This document shows positions 47,517 through 55,994 of a stretch of DNA of 64,000 nucleotides, in pieces. Numbering within the stretch: the stretch's first letter is position 1; every line of letters begins with the position of its first letter. The translations under genes and the position numbers were made by a program. The notes beneath the pieces are model-generated. The model saw nothing but the letters and a program-made list of their open reading frames with translations, was not told the origin of the DNA and ran no database searches. This DNA comes from an uncultured Bacilli bacterium (GTDB taxonomy: Bacteria; Bacillota_I; Bacilli_A; RF39; UBA660). The DNA is taken from positions 3,459 to 67,458 of the forward strand of contig CANQHF010000004.1 in assembly GCA_947623685.1 (NCBI GenBank). The letters run 5' to 3'.

Positions 47517-48620
47517 TCAAGACCTTGATTCTTTTTTTGTTAATAAACTTTTAATAAACATTAATAATAAAATGATAAACATAGGTAATGCAATAATTAT
47601 AACATAGTAATTTTTCATAAATATTATTGATTGCGTTATGCTTCCAAATATAAATTCTCCTAAAACTAGGCACAATATAGCAACTATAATAATTATTAAT
47701 TTACTTATTTTTTTATTTTTATTAATTTTTTTAACACCACAAATTATTCCATATAAACTTATGTTACATAAAGCGAGCATATAAAATATCCATCTAAATG
47801 CAAGTAAGTTTTCTAAATGTAATTCGGAGCCAGAAAGACCTATTTTTTTAAGTAATATATATTCTGGATATCTAAATGAAACTGATATTTTATAACCAAA
47901 ACACGTTATTACAAAAAACATAACAACACATAATGAAAGTGAACTTATTAAATAAAATATTATTATGTTTCGATTATATTTTTTTGGATCTTTAATACTT
48001 GATTTATTAATGGTAAGAAGAAGCATACTTAAAATTGATGTTGAACTAGCATGGTATATCGCTCCGTTTAATATGTTAGTTATGTAATTATTTCCGTTAA
48101 TAAGTGGAAACACGTTTGAAATATTTATAAATTTAATTAAGAAAAACTCGATGATAAACATAAATAGAAGGCTTGCAAAAAATGATAATTGTGATATTCT
48201 TGCAATTGTTTCTATTCCGTTAAAACAAATTATTAAACTGGTTACTAAAACAAGTATACCAACAAAGATGTAAGGTGTATTTTGCATGTATTTGCTGGTT
48301 ATGAAAATAACGATGGATCTTATTGCAACGGTAAGCATAAACATATATATTAAAAATATTAATATGTTTAGTATGGCACCAATTTTTTGACCAAACATTT
48401 TTGTTATTTTTTCATATATGTTTAATTTTGGTAAGTAAGAATTTACTTTTAGATACATTAAAACGGGAATAATTCCTATGATGGTTCCAAGCAGCATCGC
48501 TAATAATACTTCGTTACTTGATTTTCTAAGTAATATTATATCTCCTATTCCTAAATATAAACTACAACATATTAAAGCAAAAAACATGCCCATTTGTATT
48601 TTTGATATCTTGTTATTCAT
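47517..48620 (-). CDS. spore germination protein, GerAB/GerKB-type permease subunit
   Basis: 10-TM APC-like protein; last gene of the gerA-C-B operon. Confidence 0.8.
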   Translation of the reverse strand: MNNKISKIQMGMFFALICCSLYLGIGDIILLRKSSNEVLLAMLLGTIIGIIPVLMYLKVNSYLPKLNIYEKITKMFGQKIGAILNILIFLIYMFMLTVAIRSIVIFITSKYMQNTPYIFVGILVLVTSLIICFNGIETIARISQLSFFASLLFMFIIEFFLIKFINISNVFPLINGNNYITNILNGAIYHASSTSILSMLLLTINKSSIKDPKKYNRNIIIFYLISSLSLCVVMFFVITCFGYKISVSFRYPEYILLKKIGLSGSELHLENLLAFRWIFYMLALCNISLYGIICGVKKINKNKKISKLIIIIVAILCLVLGEFIFGSITQSIIFMKNYYVIIIALPMFIILLLMFIKSLLTKKESRS

Positions 48621-49818
48621 TACTTTTGGCCTCCTTAATTGCTTTAATAGAAAGTTCCGTTGATGTAATTTCTGTGTTTACTTTAAAATTAAAATTTATA
48701 TCTTTTATGATGCTTTTTTTGTTATATCCTAGTTTTTTCATTTCATTATAATTTTTTTCATAAAATTTTTCTCCATATCTTAATGCATCAGATGAGTTTT
48801 CTTTATATAATTTATTAGATGCCTTAACAACTAAATTTTTAACTTTTTTAGACACTTTTTCTTCTAATTTCTTAATGCTTTTGTTATCTTTTATAAAGTC
48901 AGCGGAACAATTACATTCTAATAAATCTGCTTTAATACCAATGTTAACGTTAACGGTTGGTTTTTTATTTTTAAATGATGTTTCTTCTTTTATATTTGCT
49001 TTTTTAACTCTTACGGTAGCATAATTTTTTTCATCGCATTTTATGTTAATATAAGTTTCTTTTTGAGTTTTTGCAAGAAAATTATAACCCGTGCTTTCAT
49101 CATTTGTTAAATAACCTTTAAGTTTATTATTTTCAAAATAAGCTAGAGCATCAAACTTAAGTTTGGCGGCAGGATCACTATCGGTTATGTTATCCATTTT
49201 TTCTCCTTCTTTTACTTCTCCAGTTATTTTGATTGTTGGAATAACTGGCTGCACGCCTTTGTTTGTTAAATCTGATATGAATTTATCAATTGTTATTATT
49301 GTTAAGGTCCCACTAAAGTTATCTGCTATGTTTAAAGTTGATTTTAAATTAGTTGATGGAATTGTTTCAAGTGGAGTAATTACTTTTAATATATTATAAG
49401 CTTTACTTTCTTTTGCAACCATTACTAAAGCATCTTTTTCTATTTGTGCATCACGCATAAAATAGTCCAGGTAATTTAATGGGTCTTTTTCTTTTAATAA
49501 TTCTTCACTAAGAACCAAAACTTCGTTATGTCCTAAATATAATTCTTTTGGAGAATCTAACATTATTTTTTCAAGCGCTTGATAGATTGTGCTACCACTT
49601 GCTTTATAAAAAGTAATTAAACTAGTATCAGTTTCTTCATCTTTTTTGGCATTCATTATTTGAATTCCTACTTCATATTTATCACTATCATTATCATCTT
49701 TATCAATTGATATACCAGATACGATGGCATAGTCATTTATTTCTTTGTAATTAAAACACCCGGTTAGCGATGTTAACATTATTATAATTATTAAAATTTT
49801 AATTATTTTCTTCATCAT
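48613..49818 (-). CDS. Ger(x)C-family germinant receptor lipoprotein
   Basis: LTSLTGC lipobox; size and operon position; 8-nt overlap with the B subunit. Confidence 0.8.
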   Translation of the reverse strand: MMKKIIKILIIIIMLTSLTGCFNYKEINDYAIVSGISIDKDDNDSDKYEVGIQIMNAKKDEETDTSLITFYKASGSTIYQALEKIMLDSPKELYLGHNEVLVLSEELLKEKDPLNYLDYFMRDAQIEKDALVMVAKESKAYNILKVITPLETIPSTNLKSTLNIADNFSGTLTIITIDKFISDLTNKGVQPVIPTIKITGEVKEGEKMDNITDSDPAAKLKFDALAYFENNKLKGYLTNDESTGYNFLAKTQKETYINIKCDEKNYATVRVKKANIKEETSFKNKKPTVNVNIGIKADLLECNCSADFIKDNKSIKKLEEKVSKKVKNLVVKASNKLYKENSSDALRYGEKFYEKNYNEMKKLGYNKKSIIKDINFNFKVNTEITSTELSIKAIKEAKSNE

Positions 49819-51247
49819 TATCCTCCTTGGTGTAAACGTTTTGTGGATGTAATTTTGAAGTTTTATCTAGTATTATCGCATCTTTTTGAGCGTTTTTGTT
49901 AAAAGGTTCAAAAGGAGCCAAAAATGATTTTCCACAGGATTTATGACTTGCTAAAAGTGCTATTAATATTATGCATCCAAACATTACCCCAACGAAGCCA
50001 AAAAGTGATGCAAGAATAATTAGAATTAGTTGCCACCATCTAATTGAATTTATTAATTCAATTGAAGAAAAGGCAAGGGAAGCAACACTTGATATACCAA
50101 CTATTATGATTGTAATAGGAGATACAATACCTGCTTCAACGGCAGCTTGACCCAAAACTAAACCACCAACGATTGAAATAGAACTTCCTCCTTTACCCGG
50201 AAAACGCATATCACCTTCTCTTAGTATTTGAAACATAAAACTCATTACTAAAATTTCAAAAACGGTTGGAAACGGAACTCCATCTCTTTGAATGGAGAAG
50301 TTTATTAAAAGCCCGCTCGGGATGGATTCTAGATTATATGACATTAATGATATGTATATGGCAGGTGTTAAAATAGCAAGTATCATAGCAATTATTCTAA
50401 CGATTCTAGTTCCGAAAACATTTAACCCTTTTTCGTAATAATCATCTGGATTTTTAAAAAAGTCAATGAACATACATGGTAAGATTATTACCTGATTTGA
50501 GTTTTCTACCATAAGAACAACTCTTCCTTGAAGAAGCATCTGACACGCAAAATCAGGCCTTTCAGTTGTTAAATTAGTTGGAAATATCGCTCTGTTTGGA
50601 TTACTTATTGCATCAAGAATATAGTTTGTGCTGCCAACGTATTCAATGTCAATGTTATTTATTTTACTTGTAATATTATCGATTAGTTTCTGATTGCAAA
50701 CTCCATTAATGTAAAAAAGGGCAACCTTTGTTTTACTTTTTTTACCTACGATAAATTCATTAAACCATAAATCTTCACTTTTAATTCTTTTTCTTAAAAG
50801 TCCTGTGTTTGTTTCATAATTTTCCGTAAATGAATCACTAGGGCCTTTTAGGCTCTGTTCATTTTGACTTCTTTGAATGGGGCTGTTTAATTGGGCTTTG
50901 TTCTCAAACGCAATTATTTTACTTTCGTTATCAAAAATTATTAACGTAAATCCATTAAAAAGGTAATATAATGCATCTTCCATAGTTGTTATTTCTTTTA
51001 AACTATTATTTGGAATGTAGTTTTTAACGTATGAAAATAAATCATCTATTTTTAAATGATTTTTTTCTTCATCCATTCTTCTTAAAATAAAATCATTTAT
51101 GCTAGAAGCAGAACTAACGGTGTTAGCATATACTAAGGTTATTATTTTTTTATCAATTGGAAAGTCTTTATATGATACATCAGAGGCGTTACCCGTTCTT
51201 TTTTTAATTTCTTCAATTATTTTTTCTCTGTTTTTTTCTAATGTCAT
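49799..51247 (-). CDS. spore germination protein, GerAA/GerKA-type subunit
   Basis: GerA-family layout: soluble N-domain plus C-terminal TM bundle (GGLVLGQAAVEAGIVSP); 20-nt overlap with the C subunit. Confidence 0.85.
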   Translation of the reverse strand: MTLEKNREKIIEEIKKRTGNASDVSYKDFPIDKKIITLVYANTVSSASSINDFILRRMDEEKNHLKIDDLFSYVKNYIPNNSLKEITTMEDALYYLFNGFTLIIFDNESKIIAFENKAQLNSPIQRSQNEQSLKGPSDSFTENYETNTGLLRKRIKSEDLWFNEFIVGKKSKTKVALFYINGVCNQKLIDNITSKINNIDIEYVGSTNYILDAISNPNRAIFPTNLTTERPDFACQMLLQGRVVLMVENSNQVIILPCMFIDFFKNPDDYYEKGLNVFGTRIVRIIAMILAILTPAIYISLMSYNLESIPSGLLINFSIQRDGVPFPTVFEILVMSFMFQILREGDMRFPGKGGSSISIVGGLVLGQAAVEAGIVSPITIIIVGISSVASLAFSSIELINSIRWWQLILIILASLFGFVGVMFGCIILIALLASHKSCGKSFLAPFEPFNKNAQKDAIILDKTSKLHPQNVYTKEDNDEENN

Positions 51248-51306
51248 ATTATCCCTCTTTTTTTAATAGTATTAACCATAAACATAAAAAAAATTACAAA
51301 AAAAAG

Positions 51307-51444
51307 GAGATTACACGGTTTCCCATGCAATCTCAAAAAGAATAAAAAGGGGTTGGCTAGTTGTGATACTAGCACCAGCTGATATTTTTCCAGCTGGTGC
51401 CATTTATACTACTCAAAATGACTTTAAAAGTCAACCTTTTTTTT
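51307..51444 (+). ncRNA. candidate structured RNA in the gerA/recG divergent region (strand tentative)
   Basis: Four hairpins: GAGATT/AATCTC 51307-34, GCTAGT/ACTAGC 51356-73, perfect 10-bp GCACCAGCTG/CAGCTGGTGC 51372-51400, TGACTTT-A-AAAGTCA 51419-33 plus T8. Confidence 0.3.
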
Positions 51445-51485
51445 ACAATTTTTTAAAAAAGTTTTACTAAAGTTTATAACTGTAA

Positions 51486-51514
51486 TTGATTTGCAAACAA
51501 TCGTTTGTTATAAT
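51486..51514 (+). promoter_or_regulatory. recG promoter TTGATT-17-(TG)TATAAT
   Basis: -35 at 51486-91, extended -10 TGTTATAAT at 51506-14. Confidence 0.55.
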
Positions 51515-51541
51515 TATCTTGGACGTAAGAAAGGTAAGCGT

Positions 51542-53476
51542 ATGAAACTTGAAGATTTATCAAAAATAGGAACGAAATCAGTAAAACTTTTAAATAATCT
51601 TGGTATATATAGCGTGGATGATTTAATAAGAAATTATCCATATCGTTTTGATGTGCTTAAAAAAAGGGATATTAACGATAATAGGTTTTATGATAATTTT
51701 GTAAGTGATGGGGTTGTTTTATCTGACCCGGTGCTAAGTTTTTTTAGAAAAAAAATGAATAGGTTAACCTTTAGATGTAACGTTCAAAATAAATTAGTTA
51801 AGGTTACTATTTTTAATAGAGCTTTTTTAAAAAATAGTATTATACCTGGAAAAACAATTACTATAATAGGAAAATATAATCCTAAAACAGAAACGATAAC
51901 TGCTAGTAACATTATTTTAAGAGATCTTTTAAATGGTTTTGAAATAATTCCCATTTATCATTTATGCAAGGGAATTTCTACTAAGCAAATGTCTAATTAC
52001 ATAAATACTGCTTTATTAAGTAGTAAAATAAAAAACAATATTCCAGATGAACTTATAAACAAATATGATTTTATAAGCGAAGATGAAGCACTTAAAATAA
52101 TTCATAATCCAAAAGATGAGATAAGTTTAAAAAAAGCATTAAAAACGCTTAAGTATGAAGAACTATTTACTTATATGAAAAACGTAAGATTATTAAAACA
52201 AAAAAATGAAGAACATAATCCTTTATATATAAAAAAAATTGATGACGAAAAAATTGAATCGTTTATTAAAAGTCTTCCTTTTGAACTTACTTTAGATCAA
52301 AAAAGCGTTATAACACAAATGTTGCAAGATTTAAAAAGCGATACTAAGATGAATAGACTTCTTCAAGGTGATGTTGGTTCTGGTAAAACGGTTGTAGCGT
52401 TCGTTTTAGCTTATGCTTGTTATACTGCAAATTATCAAAGTGCATTAATGGCTCCTACCGAAATTCTTGCCGTACAACATTATGAAAATGCGTTAAGATT
52501 ATTTAAAGACACAGATTTTAAAATAGCACTTCTTACAGGTAAGATGAAAGCTAAAGAAAAAAAAGAAATTTATGAAAAATTAATCAATGGTGAAATTAAT
52601 TTTTTAATAGGAACGCACGCCTTAATTAGTGATGATGTATCTTGGGATAATTTAGGTCTTGTAATAACTGATGAGCAACATAGATTTGGTGTTAATCAAA
52701 GATTAAGATTAAAAAATAAGTCAGTAAGTCCTGATGTACTTATGATGAGTGCAACACCTATTCCAAGAACTTATGCTCTAACGATTTATGGAGATACTGA
52801 TGTATCTAGCATAAAAAATCTACCAAAGGGAAGAAAAAAAGTTATAACGTACGTTAAAAAAACAAGTGAGTTAAAAAGTGTTTTAGAAGGTATATATAAC
52901 GCTTTAAAAAATGGTAACCAAGCATATGTTATATCCGCAATGATAGAAGAAAATGAAGATACTGATTATACCAATGTTTATGATTTAAAGCACAAATTTG
53001 AGCTTGCCTTTAAAAATTATAGTGTGGAAATATTGCATGGTAAAATGACGCCTGAAGAAAAAGATAAAATAATGAATGACTACATAAATAAAAAGATTAA
53101 CATTCTTATTTCAACTACCGTAATTGAAGTTGGAATAGATGCTCCAAACGCAACCGTTATGGTGATTTTTGATGCTGATCGATTTGGTCTTTCAACCCTT
53201 CACCAATTAAGGGGTAGAGTAGGAAGAAATAACATTCAGTCTTATTGTTATTTAATAAGTGATAAGGACAAAGAAAGATTAAGAATTATGGAAGAAGAAA
53301 ATGATGGTTATAAAATAAGTGAAGCCGATTTTAAATTAAGGGGACAAGGTGATTTGTTTGGTAATCGTCAAAGTGGTGCTTTATCATTTAAATTATCTGA
53401 TGTAAGGCGTGATTATGATTTGCTTGTTAAAGTAAGAGATGATGTAAATTGCTACTTTAAAAAAGAGTTTCAATAA
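51542..53476 (+). CDS. recG: ATP-dependent DNA helicase RecG
   Basis: GDVGSGKT, DEQHRFG, QLRGRVGR motifs; ATG 51542 (MKLEDLSKIG) preferred over TTG 51491. Confidence 0.9.
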   Translation: MKLEDLSKIGTKSVKLLNNLGIYSVDDLIRNYPYRFDVLKKRDINDNRFYDNFVSDGVVLSDPVLSFFRKKMNRLTFRCNVQNKLVKVTIFNRAFLKNSIIPGKTITIIGKYNPKTETITASNIILRDLLNGFEIIPIYHLCKGISTKQMSNYINTALLSSKIKNNIPDELINKYDFISEDEALKIIHNPKDEISLKKALKTLKYEELFTYMKNVRLLKQKNEEHNPLYIKKIDDEKIESFIKSLPFELTLDQKSVITQMLQDLKSDTKMNRLLQGDVGSGKTVVAFVLAYACYTANYQSALMAPTEILAVQHYENALRLFKDTDFKIALLTGKMKAKEKKEIYEKLINGEINFLIGTHALISDDVSWDNLGLVITDEQHRFGVNQRLRLKNKSVSPDVLMMSATPIPRTYALTIYGDTDVSSIKNLPKGRKKVITYVKKTSELKSVLEGIYNALKNGNQAYVISAMIEENEDTDYTNVYDLKHKFELAFKNYSVEILHGKMTPEEKDKIMNDYINKKINILISTTVIEVGIDAPNATVMVIFDADRFGLSTLHQLRGRVGRNNIQSYCYLISDKDKERLRIMEEENDGYKISEADFKLRGQGDLFGNRQSGALSFKLSDVRRDYDLLVKVRDDVNCYFKKEFQ

Positions 53477-53496
53477 TGTATAATAATATATAAGAA

Positions 53497-54228
53497 ATGG
53501 GTGATTTTGGTATGGATGAAAGAATTTCGGTAGGAGCTGCAGCTAATTATATTGTATCTTTATATGAAAAATTAGATAATAAATATATGGCTGGGCCAAT
53601 CTTTGTAGAAAAGTTAGTGTTTATTGCTAACTTAAGACATTTTTACAAAACAGGTTATTGTTTTTTGCCTGTTGATACACAATATATTAGTTATCCGCTT
53701 GGAATTGTTGGCCTAAGAGATACAATTACCGACTATATATCTTCTGGTGATAAAGTTAATAAAATTAACTATTTATTAAAAGAAAAGCATAAATTAATGT
53801 TTGAAAATAAAGAACCTAAAAACTTTAAAGTTAAGGAATATTTATCAGAAATAGAAAGTATTGATTCATCGATTAAAGATGTTTTATTAGAAACGTTTAT
53901 TGCGTTTGGTTCATTTGAAGGTGGTACACTTTTAAATATGTATTTAGAAATAAAAGAAGCTTCAAAATATAAAAATAAAAAAAGAGGTTTTATATTAAAT
54001 GAACCTGATTTAAAAAATCTTATTCCTACAAAGATTATAAAAAATGATTTATATCAATATATAACTGGTGGATCGAATTTTGTTATAGCAACAATATTAA
54101 GAAAAGAAACTGTTGATTTTATAGAAAGTGTTTTAAAAATGCCTTTAGAACAATTTGATTTATTAAAGTATAGTGAAAAAGAAGAAGTAATTAATAACCT
54201 GAATTACACAAAAAAAATAAAAAAATAA
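53497..54228 (+). CDS. DUF4065/Panacea (SocA)-like protein, tentative
   Basis: AANYIV...KLVFIANLRHFYKTGYCFLPV...YPLGIV...LLETFIAFGSFEGGTLLNMYLE follows the spacing of DUF4065 conserved blocks. Starts 20-35 nt after recG with no terminator. Confidence 0.35.
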   Translation: MGDFGMDERISVGAAANYIVSLYEKLDNKYMAGPIFVEKLVFIANLRHFYKTGYCFLPVDTQYISYPLGIVGLRDTITDYISSGDKVNKINYLLKEKHKLMFENKEPKNFKVKEYLSEIESIDSSIKDVLLETFIAFGSFEGGTLLNMYLEIKEASKYKNKKRGFILNEPDLKNLIPTKIIKNDLYQYITGGSNFVIATILRKETVDFIESVLKMPLEQFDLLKYSEKEEVINNLNYTKKIKK

Positions 54229-54309
54229 ATGATATATGAAAGTTTTTAATAAGTAACATATCCTAAATAAAATATAATAATATAAAAAAGTTTTATTTTT
54301 TTTCTAAAA

Positions 54310-54357
54310 TTTAGGGGGGATTTTAATAGTTACGGAGAATAAAAAAGTGGGAGGTGG
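54310..54357 (+). promoter_or_regulatory. conserved 5-prime cassette, copy 2
   Basis: 39/48 ungapped identity with 28265-28312; the downstream genes at both copies start ATGGAAAATAAAA. Confidence 0.45.
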
Positions 54358-54364
54358 TTTTGAT

Positions 54365-55183
54365 ATGGAAAATAAAATAGCTTTATTTGAAGAAAAAGAA
54401 ATAAGAAGAGCGTGGCAAGATGAAAAGTGGTATTTTAGTATAGAAGATATAGTATATGCGCTTACGGATTCTAATGATCCTAAACAATATATAAATAAAT
54501 TAAGAAAAAGAGATAAAATACTTAGCCAAGGGTGGGTACAAATTGTACATACCCTTAAAATGAAAACGAATGGTGGTATGCAAAAAATAAATTGTGCGGA
54601 TACTGAAGGAATTTTACGTATTATTCAGTCTATTCCATCAAAAAAAGCCGAACCATTTAAAAGATGGCTTGCGAAAGTAGGTTCGCAAAGAATTGAAGAA
54701 ATAAATAATCCTGAACTTGCAATGGATAGAATGAAAAGATTGTATGAGCAAAAAGGTTATTCTAAAGCTTGGATCCAGCAAAGAGAGCGTGGCATAACAA
54801 CAAGACATAATTTAGTGGATGAATGGAAAGAAAGAGGAGCTAGTAACTCACTTGATTATGCAATACTTACAAACGAAATATATAAATCTGGTTTTGGGTT
54901 AACTGCTAAAGAATATAAAAAAATAAAAGGAATACACGATAGTAAAAATTTAAGAGATTCTATGACTAATATAGAACTTGCCTTAACTAATCTTGGAGAA
55001 GCCGCAGCCGTAGAAATTCATAAGAGTAATGAAAGTATTGGTATGAATAATTTAAAAAGTGATGTTATAGATGCAGGTGGTGTTATGAAAAAAGCTAAAG
55101 ATGAGTTAGAAGATAAAATTAAAAAACCTGTGGTTTCTAGTGAAAATTATATTGATTTAACTAACAAAAACAGATTGAATTGA
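54365..55183 (+). CDS. Bro-N / DinD-like DNA-binding protein, paralog 2
   Basis: FEEKEIRRAWQDEKWYFSIEDIVYALTDS Bro-N core; PSKKAEPFKRWLAKVG and YAILTNEIYKSGFGLTAKEYKKIKG..NLRDSMTNIEL shared with 19993-20868. Confidence 0.65.
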   Translation: MENKIALFEEKEIRRAWQDEKWYFSIEDIVYALTDSNDPKQYINKLRKRDKILSQGWVQIVHTLKMKTNGGMQKINCADTEGILRIIQSIPSKKAEPFKRWLAKVGSQRIEEINNPELAMDRMKRLYEQKGYSKAWIQQRERGITTRHNLVDEWKERGASNSLDYAILTNEIYKSGFGLTAKEYKKIKGIHDSKNLRDSMTNIELALTNLGEAAAVEIHKSNESIGMNNLKSDVIDAGGVMKKAKDELEDKIKKPVVSSENYIDLTNKNRLN

Positions 55184-55243
55184 AAAATAAAAAACCACTT
55201 ATTTTGTCAGTGGTCTAAAGAAACTATTAACGTGGTTTCTTTT

Positions 55244-55492
55244 TTAGTTATTACTTTGTAATTTTGATAACATGGTTTGTATTTTGTTTTCTTCTACGTT
55301 ACTTATTGTATACCAACCATATTTAGTCATTTCATCATATGTATCAGCTTGACTATCCATAATATCATCTAGGCAACTTTTAAGCACTTTTCTAGAATCT
55401 TCGTTAGAACTTTCAAGTGTGCCATGAACGTATACTTCAACGGTACTTTTTAATATAAGTAAGTAGTTTTCCATTATTAGTTTATCATTCAT
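55244..55492 (-). CDS. spore coat protein F (CotF)-like
   Basis: Coat_F pattern DKLIMENYLLILKSTVEVYVHGTLESSNEDSRKVLKSCLDD. Confidence 0.65.
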   Translation of the reverse strand: MNDKLIMENYLLILKSTVEVYVHGTLESSNEDSRKVLKSCLDDIMDSQADTYDEMTKYGWYTISNVEENKIQTMLSKLQSNN

Positions 55493-55676
55493 TTGCTTTT
55501 TCCTCCAATAAGTTCATTAATGATTGTTTCATATTGTTGTGTTTAGATAACTCATCATTCATGAAATTTTTTAAGTCATCATCTTCTAAATTTTCAACGC
55601 CAGCTTCTATTATTTTAATCATGTTAGCTTCATGTGATATGGCGTCTTCAAAATAAAGTAATTCTTTTTGTGTCAT
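55485..55676 (-). CDS. small helical partner of the CotF-like protein
   Basis: GGAGGA RBS; 8-nt overlap with the CotF-like gene; acidic helical 63-aa ORF. Confidence 0.5.
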   Translation of the reverse strand: MTQKELLYFEDAISHEANMIKIIEAGVENLEDDDLKNFMNDELSKHNNMKQSLMNLLEEKANE

Positions 55677-55809
55677 TTTTTCATCCTCCTAGCATTATTA
55701 TGGTTCATATTATAAAAAATAAACATTTTAAACAATAAAAAAATAAAGTTGCAAATATACTGGTTTTTTCGTATAATATAATACATAAAGATAAGAAAGT
55801 ATTTGGAGG

Positions 55810-55930
55810 CTTACTTTTTATCTAGCGCCAGGCCCTTAAATGGGTGACGAGGTATGATGATTATCGAAATTTTCGGCGGATGTCATCACGGATGTTTCTG
55901 GAATTCGTAAGAAGTACTTTTAAAAAATAA
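55810..55930 (+). ncRNA. glmS ribozyme: glmS ribozyme
   Basis: Core AGCGCCAGG...GGGTGACGAGGTATGATGATTATCGAAATTTTCGGCGGATGTCATCACGG matches the conserved glmS ribozyme core; directly upstream of glmS. Confidence 0.88.
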
Positions 55931-55994
55931 AATAAACATTATAACAAAGGAGTATTTCACACAGTTGTTTTTACTATGCAAAAAGGAGAAAGAT

